A DNA stretch of 64,000 nt, taken from positions 582,410 through 646,409 of the forward strand of contig JAHPZA010000009.1 of NCBI GenBank assembly GCA_019058445.1, written 5' to 3'. The DNA is from Promethearchaeota archaeon. Its GTDB lineage: Archaea > Asgardarchaeota > Lokiarchaeia > Sigyniarchaeales > SOKP01. Positions 19,456 through 30,241 of this stretch are shown piece after piece. The notes under the pieces were generated by a model. That model searched no databases. It was not told where the DNA came from and saw nothing but the letters and a program-made list of their open reading frames with translations. The first letter of the stretch is position 1. Each line of letters opens with the position of its first letter. The position numbers were made by a program, and so were the translations under genes.

Positions 19456-21291
19456 TTAATCAATTTCTTTTTGAGCTTTTTCATTTAATAATCGAAGTTT
19501 TTCGATCAGATTGTTATTAGGAGGGATTTTATAAATATTAAATTTATCTTCATTAAGATGAGCAAAACGACCCCTTTTAGCGACATAAGGATTATTCTCA
19601 ATAGGTGTTTTTAGATTAATTTCAATTAAATAGTTTCCTCTTAAAGCAGGTCTTTGAATAATTGAAGAAATATTATTATAATTGATTTCGCAAAATCCAG
19701 TAGGATAATCAACAAGTATTTTTTTATTTGTAAATATATATTTCATGTCTCCCATTTTGAATTTAGCACGTGCTCCTCCAAATAAACAGCATGATGATAT
19801 AGTGCAAAATACGATACTGAAGATATATAAAAGAGAAAACAAAAATGTGGCATATCTAAGATTAGTAATGATTAAGGTGATATATGTAATTAATGATACG
19901 GCTAATATTGCTGTTGATATCAATATCATTTTTTTATATCTTGCTTTTTCTTCAAAGGTAAAAAAGATCTCCTCATCTGAATCCAAATGAATTTTGTAAT
20001 CGATATAAAGAGGATCAAGGTTACTTAACGATGTCATTTTTAAACCTTCTGTAGTTTTAAATTCGAAATCTTTTATAGGATACTCTTTCTTAATTTCTTC
20101 TGAAATCTGTTTAATATCCTCTGATTGTTGTGATAATATTTGTGCTTTTGATAATAAAAATCCTTTATCTGCTTTCCATTTAATCATGTAGCAAAAAAAA
20201 GCTTCAAAAATATCTGGAAAAAAATCAATGGGTCCAAATTTTAATTCTTGGCTTGGATCAAAAGAAGATTTTATAGTTATTCCATCCAGATTCTCTCTCC
20301 ATTTAAGCTGGCCAGATCCCCATTTCTCAATCTTAAAAAAACCTAATGTTGTAGATGAGTCGAATAGAATTTCCTCTAGTGAATTATTATTTTTTAATAT
20401 AACTCGGTCAGAATCAAGAATAAAAAGAGAATTTTTATCTGATACTTTTTTTTTCCAGTTTTTTTTCTGGAGAATATAATACACAGTATAGCTTATACCA
20501 AAAATGAGCGGTAAGAATGTAACATAGAAAAGTAGTCTAAATAGTCCCTCCTTTGCTGCACTCAATGTTATTGGTATCATTATAATACCAAAGATAATTA
20601 AGGGCATAAGGAGAAAAATATGAATAGTCCGTTTCTTGCTCTTTTCGTTAATTTTATCTAAGATTTGTGAGGATACTTTACATTCATATGGAAATTGAAT
20701 ATTTAATTTATTTTTTATAATATTCCATCTAGTTTCAATATCAGCATATTCATAAATGATAGATTCAATAACAGTTTGAAGTTTTGAAACATCCGGAATC
20801 GTCGAAAAAGTAAATAAACTATGACGCAATGCTGTATATTCTGGAATAAACTCAAGAGTGCCAACATCTTCTCCCTTATCAGATCTCTTTTTTTTTAAAA
20901 CAACGGCTCTTAGGGATTTTAAATCAATTGAATCAATTGAATCTATTTTTCTATACTTCTGATCAACATAAATTTTTTTATTTGTTATATATAAGAATTT
21001 ATCTGAGCTTGTACCTAACTTCTTGAATATAATAGGTGTTAAAAGAATCACACTAAAAGGAAGAAGAGTTAAAAAAATCGAAAAAAAACTAAGTCTAAAC
21101 CCAAATAGTAAAATCGAAACAATTTGGAATATTAGAAAAATGATTAGTAAACTGATAATCATAAACTTAGACATTCTTTTATATTCTTGTTCCATGTTAA
21201 ATTTTTTCTCAAATATTATATTCTCGTCTTTAGGAATATTTCTATATAATTCATTTGAAATAATGATTTTGCACCCTATTTTTGATTTCAT
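19456..21291 (-). CDS. Membrane protein with repeated 2TM plus bacterial-PH-like modules
   Basis: Three TM pairs; YITNKKI and YIFTNKKI repeats. Confidence 0.6.
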   Translation of the reverse strand: MKSKIGCKIIISNELYRNIPKDENIIFEKKFNMEQEYKRMSKFMIISLLIIFLIFQIVSILLFGFRLSFFSIFLTLLPFSVILLTPIIFKKLGTSSDKFLYITNKKIYVDQKYRKIDSIDSIDLKSLRAVVLKKKRSDKGEDVGTLEFIPEYTALRHSLFTFSTIPDVSKLQTVIESIIYEYADIETRWNIIKNKLNIQFPYECKVSSQILDKINEKSKKRTIHIFLLMPLIIFGIIMIPITLSAAKEGLFRLLFYVTFLPLIFGISYTVYYILQKKNWKKKVSDKNSLFILDSDRVILKNNNSLEEILFDSSTTLGFFKIEKWGSGQLKWRENLDGITIKSSFDPSQELKFGPIDFFPDIFEAFFCYMIKWKADKGFLLSKAQILSQQSEDIKQISEEIKKEYPIKDFEFKTTEGLKMTSLSNLDPLYIDYKIHLDSDEEIFFTFEEKARYKKMILISTAILAVSLITYITLIITNLRYATFLFSLLYIFSIVFCTISSCCLFGGARAKFKMGDMKYIFTNKKILVDYPTGFCEINYNNISSIIQRPALRGNYLIEINLKTPIENNPYVAKRGRFAHLNEDKFNIYKIPPNNNLIEKLRLLNEKAQKEID

Positions 21292-21467
21292 GTATTTGGA
21301 TCTATTTAAATTAGTAAATTAAATAAGGGTATATAAAGTTTTGTAAGAAATAGGGTTTTAACTCTATTGTTAAACCAATTGTTGAAAATCTGTAGAATTA
21401 TCGTTTAGTTCTATAGATATTTGAGAAAGGCATATTGTTTAGATTAAATATTAGAAATATAGTGTAG

Positions 21468-23903
21468 TCATTCTTCAAGCTCTTTAGCACATTTTCCAAT
21501 CGCAACAACTGAATCTCCCTCATAGAGGTTTATAACTCTGACCCCTTTAGCTTTTCGATGAGTTATCCTAATTGAATCGACCGGAACCCGAATCATTTGC
21601 CCTTGTTCGGACCCGATTAACAAATCTTTTTCTTTTGCTACCTTTATTGCGATAACTTCGTCGCTTTCATTTAGTGAAATATTGATAACACCCTTAGCCG
21701 CTCTACTCGTTTTTCTATACTCTTTAATAATTGTCCGTTGCCCATAACCATTCTTAGTAAGGGTTAGGACAATTTCATCGTCGGTAACGAGAAGACTGTC
21801 AATGATTTCATCACCCTTACGTAAATCCACTCCTTTTACTCCCATCGTATTTCTTCCGAGTTCTCTTAGCTCGGACTCATCAAAGCGGATTGCGTAACCT
21901 AATTTTGTAGCTATAAAAATATCTTGGAGCTCATTAGATAATTTTTTTACACTGACTAATTTATCATCAGGTCGTATCTTTTGGGCTCTCACTCCAGTCG
22001 TCTTGAATTTGGAAAAAAGTCTGAGGCTGCTTTTTTTTATGATTCCATTTTTTGTGGTTAAAATGAGCATTTCATTTGTGTTAAAGTTATTTATAGGAAT
22101 CATATCAGAAATTTCCTCATCTCCCTTTAGACTTAATAAATTCACAATTGGCTTTCCCTTGGCTGTTCTTTTTTGTAAGGGAATTTCAAAAGCTTTCATC
22201 GAATATACCCTTCCCTGTGAGGTAAAAAATAGTATGGTATCATGTGTAGAACATACAAACAAATCGGCTATGAAGTCTTCTTCGCCAACAGTCATCCCCT
22301 TTTTACCACGTCCTCCACGCCTTTGAGTTCTATATTCCTCTACCGACATCCGCTTTATATAATGGTTTTTAGTTAAAATGACGATTGTTGGCTCTTTTTT
22401 AACTAGGTCCTTTTTTTCTATATTTTTAACCTCTGTTAAATCCTCAATAATTTCTGTGCGTCTTTCATCTCCATATTTTTTACTTAACTCCGCCAATTCT
22501 GTTTTAATTATATCCAAACGTTCCTGTCTGTTTTTTAAAATTCTCTCATACTCCTTAATTTTTTTATTTAATTCTTTTTCTTCATCAATAAGTTTTTGTT
22601 GCTCTAAATTGGTCAATCGAGATAAGGGCATATTTAAAATTGCTTTTACTTGAATTTCAGATATTTCAAACCTATTCATTAATTTGGTCTTCGCATCATC
22701 AGTATCTTGTGCTTTTTTTATAATATTTACGACTTCATCAATATTATTTAATGCGATTATTAGCCCTTCGACTTTATGAAGCCTCTCTTGAGCTTTTAAA
22801 AGAGCATATTGAGTTCGTTTATAGACAATATCAAGTCGATGATTGATATATTCATCGATTAATTCCTTTAGGTTTAAAATTTTAGGCTGCTTTCCGTTAT
22901 TTATAAGAACTAAATTGATTACAGGAAAATTAGTTTCAAGTCTAGTCCGTGAAAATAAGATATTTTTTATAATTATAGGTTGAGCATTTTTTCTTAGCTC
23001 TAATACAATCCGCATACCTTTTCTGTCAGACTCATCTCTTAAGTCTCTAATATCTTTTAATACACCATCCTTAATGAGTTTTGCAATAGATTCTATTAGA
23101 GCAGTCTTGTTTATTAAATAGGGAATTTCGGTTATGATTAAACTATTATTTTTTCCTTTAGTCTCGACCTCAATTTTTCCTTTCATAGTTATAGTCCCTT
23201 GCCCAGTTGAATATGCATTGTATATCCCCGTCATATTTGTAATGATACCGCCAGTTGGAAAATCAGGCCCTTTTATAATTTCCATTAATTCTTCTATAGA
23301 GATATCCGGATTATCTATTGTTGCAATAATGCCCGTACATATCTCCATAAGGTTATGAGGGGGCATTGAGGTTGCCATCCCAACAGCAATCCCTTTAGTA
23401 CCATTAAGTAGAATATTAGGAAGTTTACTTGGTAAATAAATAGGTTCTACTGTACTATCATCAAAATTAGGGCGAAATTCTACAGTTTCTCTGTCAATAT
23501 CTTCAATTAACTCGTTTGCAATCTGAGAAAGTCTTGCCTCAGTATATCGATACGCTGCTGGAGGATCTCCATCAATCGAACCAAAATTTCCTTGGGGATC
23601 GATTAAAGGATATCTTAATGAAAAATCTTGAGCCATTCTTACGAGCGCGTTATAAACGGAGGAATCACCATGAGGATGAAAATTACCTAATGTCTCTCCT
23701 ACGATCTTAGCACATTTTACGTGTGAACTCGTATAATACCAGTTGTTATTCGCCATAGCGTAAATAATTCGACGATGGACATGCTTTAATCCATCCCTCA
23801 CATCAGGGATAGCTCTACCAATTACAACAGACATCGCATAATCTATGTAACTGGTTTTCATCTCATCTTTTAGTAAAATTTCTTGAATGTTTTCTGTTGT
23901 CAT
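21468..23903 (-). CDS. gyrA: DNA gyrase subunit A
   Basis: HPHGD, AAYRYTE, GyrA-box QRRGGRG, C-terminal pinwheel repeats. Confidence 0.97.
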   Translation of the reverse strand: MTTENIQEILLKDEMKTSYIDYAMSVVIGRAIPDVRDGLKHVHRRIIYAMANNNWYYTSSHVKCAKIVGETLGNFHPHGDSSVYNALVRMAQDFSLRYPLIDPQGNFGSIDGDPPAAYRYTEARLSQIANELIEDIDRETVEFRPNFDDSTVEPIYLPSKLPNILLNGTKGIAVGMATSMPPHNLMEICTGIIATIDNPDISIEELMEIIKGPDFPTGGIITNMTGIYNAYSTGQGTITMKGKIEVETKGKNNSLIITEIPYLINKTALIESIAKLIKDGVLKDIRDLRDESDRKGMRIVLELRKNAQPIIIKNILFSRTRLETNFPVINLVLINNGKQPKILNLKELIDEYINHRLDIVYKRTQYALLKAQERLHKVEGLIIALNNIDEVVNIIKKAQDTDDAKTKLMNRFEISEIQVKAILNMPLSRLTNLEQQKLIDEEKELNKKIKEYERILKNRQERLDIIKTELAELSKKYGDERRTEIIEDLTEVKNIEKKDLVKKEPTIVILTKNHYIKRMSVEEYRTQRRGGRGKKGMTVGEEDFIADLFVCSTHDTILFFTSQGRVYSMKAFEIPLQKRTAKGKPIVNLLSLKGDEEISDMIPINNFNTNEMLILTTKNGIIKKSSLRLFSKFKTTGVRAQKIRPDDKLVSVKKLSNELQDIFIATKLGYAIRFDESELRELGRNTMGVKGVDLRKGDEIIDSLLVTDDEIVLTLTKNGYGQRTIIKEYRKTSRAAKGVINISLNESDEVIAIKVAKEKDLLIGSEQGQMIRVPVDSIRITHRKAKGVRVINLYEGDSVVAIGKCAKELEE

Positions 23904-23945
23904 ACAAAAGGACCTTTTATTTACTTAAATTTAAAATAAGTGAAC

Positions 23946-25988
23946 CTAAATATCTAATAGATTTACTTCATCATAATTTTCAATGACAAATTTCTTTCTC
24001 GGCAAAGACTCTCGACCCATCAATTTTGTAAAAATGAGGTCATTTTCTAAATAGTCTTCGTAGGTAATTTTCTTTAAAAAACGTGTGTCTCGGTTCATGG
24101 TTGTTTCATAAAGTTCATCAGGATTCATTTCACCTAATCCCTTATATCTCTGGACTTTAATAGAATCAGTCTTTTTTAAGGAATATTTCTTTATTAATTC
24201 TTGAAAAATTTTATCTTTTTCATTATCAGTGTATACATAATGCTTAGTCTTCTTATATTTAACTTGAAAAAGCGGAGGTACTGCCACATAAAGATGCCCC
24301 TCATCAATAAGAGGCCGCATATATCTAAAGAAAAATGTTAATAAGAGAGTTTTAATATGATGGCCATCTGAATCTGCATCGCAAAATATTATAATTTTGT
24401 GATAACGTAAATTTTTTAAATTAAAATCTTCTTCTCCCTCTCCATTTTCACCATTATGTTCAGATGTTCCATTAGTATCATTTACTCCTTGAATTCCAAT
24501 TCCAACTGCTTTAATTATAGCGAGGATCTCATTATTTTGTAATATTTTATCCATTCTTGCTTTTTCAACATTTAATATTTTTCCTCGGAGAGGAAGTATT
24601 GCTTGATAACTTCTATCTCTTCCTTGTTTGGCTGAACCACCTGCTGAATCGCCTTCTACAATAAATAATTCACATTCTTCGGGATTATTTGAAGAACAAT
24701 CAGCAAGTTTTCCGGGCATACGTGCACTATCTAATTCAGATTTTCTACGGATTAATGATCTAGCTTTTTGAGCTGCTTCCCTCGCCGTTTTAGCATTAAT
24801 GGTCTTTAATATGATCTTTTTGGCAGTCTGGGGATTTTCTTCAAAAAATTGATATAACTTTTCTGTAATTATTTGACTTACAAATTGTCGAATTTCAGGA
24901 TTTCCTAATTTAATTTTTGTTTGGCTCTCAAATTGAGGATCAGGAAGTTTAACAGAAATTACTGCCGATAATCCTTCCCGGGTATCACTTCCACTGAGCA
25001 CATGATCTTTATACTTTTTCTCCATATCCTTTTCGATGTAAGAATTCAAAGTTCGAGTGAGTGCTGATTTAAATCCAGTTAGGTGTGTACCACCCTCAAT
25101 GGTATTTATAGTATTTGCATATGTGAGAATATTAGATTGGTATCCTTGATTATATTGCAATGCGACATCCACATATACCTTAGAATCCTTTTCAAAAGGA
25201 TATTCATCGCTTAAAGAAATAATTTCATTATGCAGGGGCTTTTTATCTCTGTTAAGAAAAGTAATAAACTCCTTGAGTCCCCCTTCGTAATGAAATTCTT
25301 CCCCTTCTTCAGTATTTTCATTGTAGATTTCGAATTTTGCTTGAGGTGTTAAAAATCCAAGTTCTCGCATTCGACCTGCGATTGTAGAGAAGTTAAAAAT
25401 ATTATTCTCATCTTCTATATCAAAAATTTCCTTGTCTGGATAAAACGTAATTGCTGTACCTTTCTTTTTATTCTTAAGTTCTTTTATTTCCGGTTCTGTT
25501 GTTTTCACGCCTCTTGAAAACTTTTGCTTATAATACACATTATCTCTATAAATTTCTACTACTAACCATTCCGTTAATGCATTCACAACAGAAAGACCAA
25601 CGCCATGCAATCCACCGGAAATCTTATAACTTTTACTGTCAAATTTGCCTCCGCTATGTAGATGTTCCATAATCACTTCAACAGCAGGTTTTTTATATTC
25701 TGGATGCATGTCAATAGGTATTCCGCGCCCGTTGTCAGAAATCTGTACTGAATTATCTTTATTAAAAACAACTTCTATCTTATCTGCGAAGCCAGCCATG
25801 GCTTCATCAACACAATTATCAAGAACTTCAAAAATGAGATGGTGGAGACCTTTTTTTCCGGTATCGCCTATATACATTGCGGGTCTCTTTCTTTAGCGAT
25901 CTTCCATGATTTATGAAAGGTTTACGCCTTCGAGACCCTTTAAAACTTGTATATCTTCAGCATCATAACTATCGGGGGGGTCAGTCAT
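23946..25988 (-). CDS. gyrB: DNA gyrase subunit B in two exons (25988-25923 and 25892-23946; 670 aa if spliced)
   Basis: Exon 1 reads MTDPPDSYDAEDIQVLKGLEGV and exon 2 begins RKRPAMYIGD. EVLDNCVDE, GGLHGVG, EGDSAGG, PLRGK, DADSDG and RYKGLGEM are all intact. Confidence 0.95.
25893..25922 (-). other. Candidate 30-nt bulge-helix-bulge-type intron in gyrB mRNA
   Basis: Insert AACCUUUCAUAAAUCAUGGAAGAUCGCUAA has two in-frame UAA. A 4-bp helix GGCG/CGCU is followed by UA^A and AA^A, with an inner hairpin and an exon-exon stem GGGUCUC/GAGACCC. Confidence 0.85.
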
Positions 25989-26520
25989 GAAAATACTGTT
26001 ATTAGTTTTTTTTTGTAAAAGTAAAATAATTCAATTATTTCTGAAAATTTACGAATTTACTATATAATATAAGTAGTGCATACATTTATAAATTTGCTTC
26101 AATTTTTCATAAGCCAGAATGGTTATTTCATTTATCTTTTTAACCAGAATTATTAATATCTGGGGGAGCTAGGATATATTAGCGATATTTTAGAGATTAT
26201 TCGAGATTCTTGATTTACCAGTTATTTAATAAGAAATAGAAATATTCAAAAATATGGAAGATTTATTTATTCTTTCGTAATCTTTCAACCTTTTTTATTA
26301 TATAGTTAATCAAGTGTTTACATTGCATGCATTAATAATATAAATCCGTTATAAACGCATGTTTAAGCAAATATTATAATTTGGAATAATTTTATTCTTT
26401 AATATTAAATATTTTGGTATTTTTATCGTTCTCTTCTACATCACGTACTAAATCTAAAATTGAAATAATTAATAGCAATACCCCTACTAAATTTATAATT
26501 AGTAATTTAGAAGGAAATAG

Positions 26521-27354
26521 GTGATAAAATATATGTTACAGGAAACTCAAAGTTCTTGGTCTAGTGAAATAGTCATAATAGCTATAGGTTCAATAATAGT
26601 TGTTTGTTTGACTTTTTTTGTAAAAAAATTTAAGCTAAAAAGGGAGTCAATCGGATTTAAAGTACTTTTGCATACTTTGTTGTCCGCAACAATCGTCGGT
26701 GGTGGTACTGCTTTTTCATTTAGACTTTTTGAAGAATCAGGTTATAGATTTGTTTTTATTATATCTCTTTTTGGATATGTCATATTTACTATATATTATA
26801 TCCTTATTATATTACAAAAACAAGGAGATGTAATATCTGATATGATTGCAGACAGTTCGAACGCATCTATCAACGTGTCAAATATAGCTACTGAATTGGC
26901 AGCTAGTGCAAGCGAAGTAAATGCATCTTCTGAAGAGATCGCTTCCTCAACTCAGTTAATGACGAAAAATGTTCAAGATATAATAATAGCATCTAATGAA
27001 ATAAGTAAAATAATGGTATTTATTACAAATATCTCTGATCAAACCAATTTACTAGCATTAAATGCTAGTATTGAAGCAGGAAGAGCAGGAGAGTATGGTC
27101 GTGGTTTCGCAGTTGTAGCCGATGAAGTTCGAAAATTAGCTGAAGAGTCTAAGAATGCAGTAAATAATACTGGGGATAATATAAATAGTATAATAAATAA
27201 AATCCAAGATTCTTTTAGCACAATGGAGGGAATAAGTGCTTCCACAGAGGAACAGACTGCTTCAATGGAAGAGATTTCTGCCACTGCTAATAGACTGGGG
27301 AGTTTGGCTGAAGATTTAAAGAATAAAATTAGCGAAATGGTTTCATTAAATTAA
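26521..27354 (+). CDS. Short methyl-accepting chemotaxis-like protein
   Basis: [38 protein letters not shown]; N-terminal TM helices. Confidence 0.93.
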   Translation: MIKYMLQETQSSWSSEIVIIAIGSIIVVCLTFFVKKFKLKRESIGFKVLLHTLLSATIVGGGTAFSFRLFEESGYRFVFIISLFGYVIFTIYYILIILQKQGDVISDMIADSSNASINVSNIATELAASASEVNASSEEIASSTQLMTKNVQDIIIASNEISKIMVFITNISDQTNLLALNASIEAGRAGEYGRGFAVVADEVRKLAEESKNAVNNTGDNINSIINKIQDSFSTMEGISASTEEQTASMEEISATANRLGSLAEDLKNKISEMVSLN

Positions 27355-27451
27355 AAATTTAAATCATTCTAATCTAACTTGAACCAAACCAAGAAAATTT
27401 AATCTGCAAACTTTTTTATTTGAATTAAAAACCATAACAAATGGCAGGGAA

Positions 27452-28321
27452 TTATTTATTCCTTCTTAATATTTCTGCCATTTTTATTATATCTATCAAT
27501 TGCTTATTCACATCATGAGTTCTAACTATATGTGCCCCGTTATAAACGGCAATAGCAGTCGAAGAAAGAGTTCCATTATATCTATTTTCAGGTTCAGGAA
27601 TGTTTAATGATGAGCCAATAAAAGATTTTCTAGATAGAGCGACCAATATCGGTTTTCTTAATTTTCTCAGTATTTCTAAATTATTAATTATTTTTAAATC
27701 ATATTCATAAGTTTTTTCTTCAATCCAATGACCGATTCCAGGATCTAGAATTATATTCTCCTCATCGAAACCTTTAGATATTAGCCTTTCAATTGTGTTT
27801 TTGAATTCATAGACGATATCTTTAATATGTAACAAATCACCGGGTATTTTCTTTGAAGCCATTAAAATTATTGGTATTTTTTTATCTACAATAAAATCCT
27901 CTAAAAGAGGATCAGTTTTTAAACAACTTACATCATTTATGATGATTCTTTTGTTAAATTTTAAAGAAATGTCAAAAGCGGATTGAGCTACCTCTTTATA
28001 TTGAGTATCAACTGTAATAATAATATGTTCAGGTATCTTTTTACAGAGTAGTTCTATTGCTGGAAGTATACGGTTTAATTCTTCATCTATGGATATCTTT
28101 TTAGACCAAGGTGCTGTCGACCTTGCCCCTAAATCTAGCATTGTAGCACCATTTTTTATCATGTCTAATGCAGCTTGCCCAAGTGAACTAATATCTTCAT
28201 AAATTGAGCCTTTATAAAAAGATTCGGGACTTAAATTTAATACTCCCATAATGATTGTTGGATAATCATCCCCAATTTCTAAGATATCGAATAATTTAGA
28301 GTAGATCGGATCTAATTCCAT
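27452..28321 (-). CDS. folP: Dihydropteroate synthase
   Basis: IMGVLNLSPESF, INDVS, LDPGIG, SRKSFIG, RTHDV. Confidence 0.93.
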   Translation of the reverse strand: MELDPIYSKLFDILEIGDDYPTIIMGVLNLSPESFYKGSIYEDISSLGQAALDMIKNGATMLDLGARSTAPWSKKISIDEELNRILPAIELLCKKIPEHIIITVDTQYKEVAQSAFDISLKFNKRIIINDVSCLKTDPLLEDFIVDKKIPIILMASKKIPGDLLHIKDIVYEFKNTIERLISKGFDEENIILDPGIGHWIEEKTYEYDLKIINNLEILRKLRKPILVALSRKSFIGSSLNIPEPENRYNGTLSSTAIAVYNGAHIVRTHDVNKQLIDIIKMAEILRRNK

Positions 28322-28514
28322 AAAAGGAAGAAAAAAATATTATAATTAAGTTTAATGAATTTATTGTTATAACTATATTTAATGGTTCAGTCTGGTATAG
28401 GAAGTGTAAAGCGAACAGAGGGAGGATCAATAGTACTTGGTGATGCTTATGCAATAGTAAAATAAAGGATAGAAAAAAATTGATTTATTATAAGTTAAAT
28501 TTTATTTTATTATT

Positions 28515-29306
28515 ATGCATCTTTTTTCTATTAAACTTCCTTTAATTAAAAAGAATGACCCTTTGCTAGATATTATCATCAAAAATATTACAGATAGAAG
28601 TGAATCTCTAGAGGAGGGCGATATTATTGTAATTTCAGAGAAAGTTATTGCCACTTCACAAGGTAGGATTATTAACCTAAATGATATTTTAAATGTTTCA
28701 GAAAAAGCAAAAAAAATGGCAAAAGAGTATGATATGGATGAGAGGTTTGTGGAAATTATATTACAAGAAGCAAGCATGATTTTAGGAGGTTTACCGGGAG
28801 GCCATGTTATCCTCGCAAAAGTAAATGATTTCTTAATAGCAAATGCGGGAATTGATCAATCGAATGCTGGACCTGATAATCTGGTTCTCTTACCCAAAAA
28901 TCCCAAAAAAGTTATCCATGAATATAGGAATACTCTAAAAAAGAAATTTAATGTTAAAGATTTAGGAGTTATTTTTGCCGATTCAAGAGTCCAACCTCTC
29001 AGAAAGGGAACAATCGGTGTAGCAATCGCAACTGCCGGATTTGAACCTGTTGAAGATTTGAGAGGAAGACCAGATTTATATAATCGACCATTAGAAATTA
29101 CTATGAGAGCCATTGCGGACGATCTTACGAGTGCCGCCCAATTTCTATTAAACGAAGCAGATCAGCAAACTCCAGTTGTAATCATCAGAGGTGCTAAAGT
29201 AGAATTTACTGAAAATCCTAAAATGACAACTGAAATTTCTGTAGAAGAAGATTTATATATGAACATTTTTTCGAGTTATCTTCTAAAAAAGAAAGAAAGA
29301 GATTAA
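28515..29306 (+). CDS. cofE: Coenzyme F420-0:L-glutamate ligase
   Basis: GDIIVISEKVIA..QGR, ANAGIDQSN, DLRGRPD, ADDL, TPVVIIRG. Confidence 0.9.
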   Translation: MHLFSIKLPLIKKNDPLLDIIIKNITDRSESLEEGDIIVISEKVIATSQGRIINLNDILNVSEKAKKMAKEYDMDERFVEIILQEASMILGGLPGGHVILAKVNDFLIANAGIDQSNAGPDNLVLLPKNPKKVIHEYRNTLKKKFNVKDLGVIFADSRVQPLRKGTIGVAIATAGFEPVEDLRGRPDLYNRPLEITMRAIADDLTSAAQFLLNEADQQTPVVIIRGAKVEFTENPKMTTEISVEEDLYMNIFSSYLLKKKERD

Positions 29307-29397
29307 AATGAGATGGTGAGGTTTTTTAGATATTATTAACTTATACTATTAATTTCTTTTCAGAAAAAGAAATCATATTTTTCAAGGAGATATAGGT

Positions 29398-30081
29398 ATG
29401 GGTTTTTATGAATCATTACTAAAATGGAAGAGTCACATTTATGACGATTTTTTAATAAATCCTAAAGTAGTTAAATATTCGATTATTTCGGCTATGACTA
29501 TCTTTTTTTCAGCAATAATTATTGGATATATTGTCGCTCAATTTGATCCTGATGGATACAATATTGTTGATAATTATATTAGTGATATGGGATCATTTAA
29601 TCATACACCATTACCCTACTTTTTGGACTATGGAGCAATGATTACCTCTATTTTATTGATACCGGCTATTTTTTACATGGAATATAAACTTGCTCCAAAT
29701 CCTATTGAAGTAGGTGAATTTCCCCGAATGAGATATCGATTAAGTAGTTTAGGTTCTTTTAGTATGTTTACAGGATTCTTCGGTTTCTTCATGGTTGGAT
29801 TGTTTTCAGAGGACCGAACCACCTCTTTAGGACTACACTTAGTCTTTTCGTATATAGTTTTTGGTGGTCTCGTTTTTTCAAGCATATTTTATGGGTTATT
29901 AATTTTATTCTACAAGACAGAAATCCCTCAATTATTAGGATTATACATGATTATTTTTCCGTTTCTCACAGCACTACTAATGGTATTGTATTTTTCACCT
30001 TTTTTTGAATGGATTATGCTCTTTTCACTCTTAATCTGGATAGTCCCCGTCTTTAGAATATTTTTAAAAAACCTAAACTAA
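29398..30081 (+). CDS. DUF998-like membrane protein
   Basis: YN...NYISDMG, VGLFSED...H, EWI. Confidence 0.7.
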   Translation: MGFYESLLKWKSHIYDDFLINPKVVKYSIISAMTIFFSAIIIGYIVAQFDPDGYNIVDNYISDMGSFNHTPLPYFLDYGAMITSILLIPAIFYMEYKLAPNPIEVGEFPRMRYRLSSLGSFSMFTGFFGFFMVGLFSEDRTTSLGLHLVFSYIVFGGLVFSSIFYGLLILFYKTEIPQLLGLYMIIFPFLTALLMVLYFSPFFEWIMLFSLLIWIVPVFRIFLKNLN

Positions 30082-30241
30082 GCCTAAGTATTAAATATTT
30101 CTGATTTTTCTTTTAAAATATTATATTTTTTCCTTTTTTTATTAATAATCCGTGAAATTTTTTAGAAACCGTTAACTTGTGAAGATAAGCTAATTTTATT
30201 TTCACACTATAATATATATTGATTTAACTGGTTAGATTTCA

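Noticed and set aside
23946-25877. gyrB starting at ATG 25877 as in the ORF track, or gyrB as a pseudogene
   Set aside because: The conserved N-terminal 27 residues are encoded upstream in the same frame, and no other lesions are seen in gyrB or gyrA.
25893-25922. T4 gene 60-style translational bypassing of the gyrB insert
   Set aside because: No matched take-off/landing codons restore the frame: GTA has no partner, and the second TCA lands out of frame. The BHB cut sites fit exactly.
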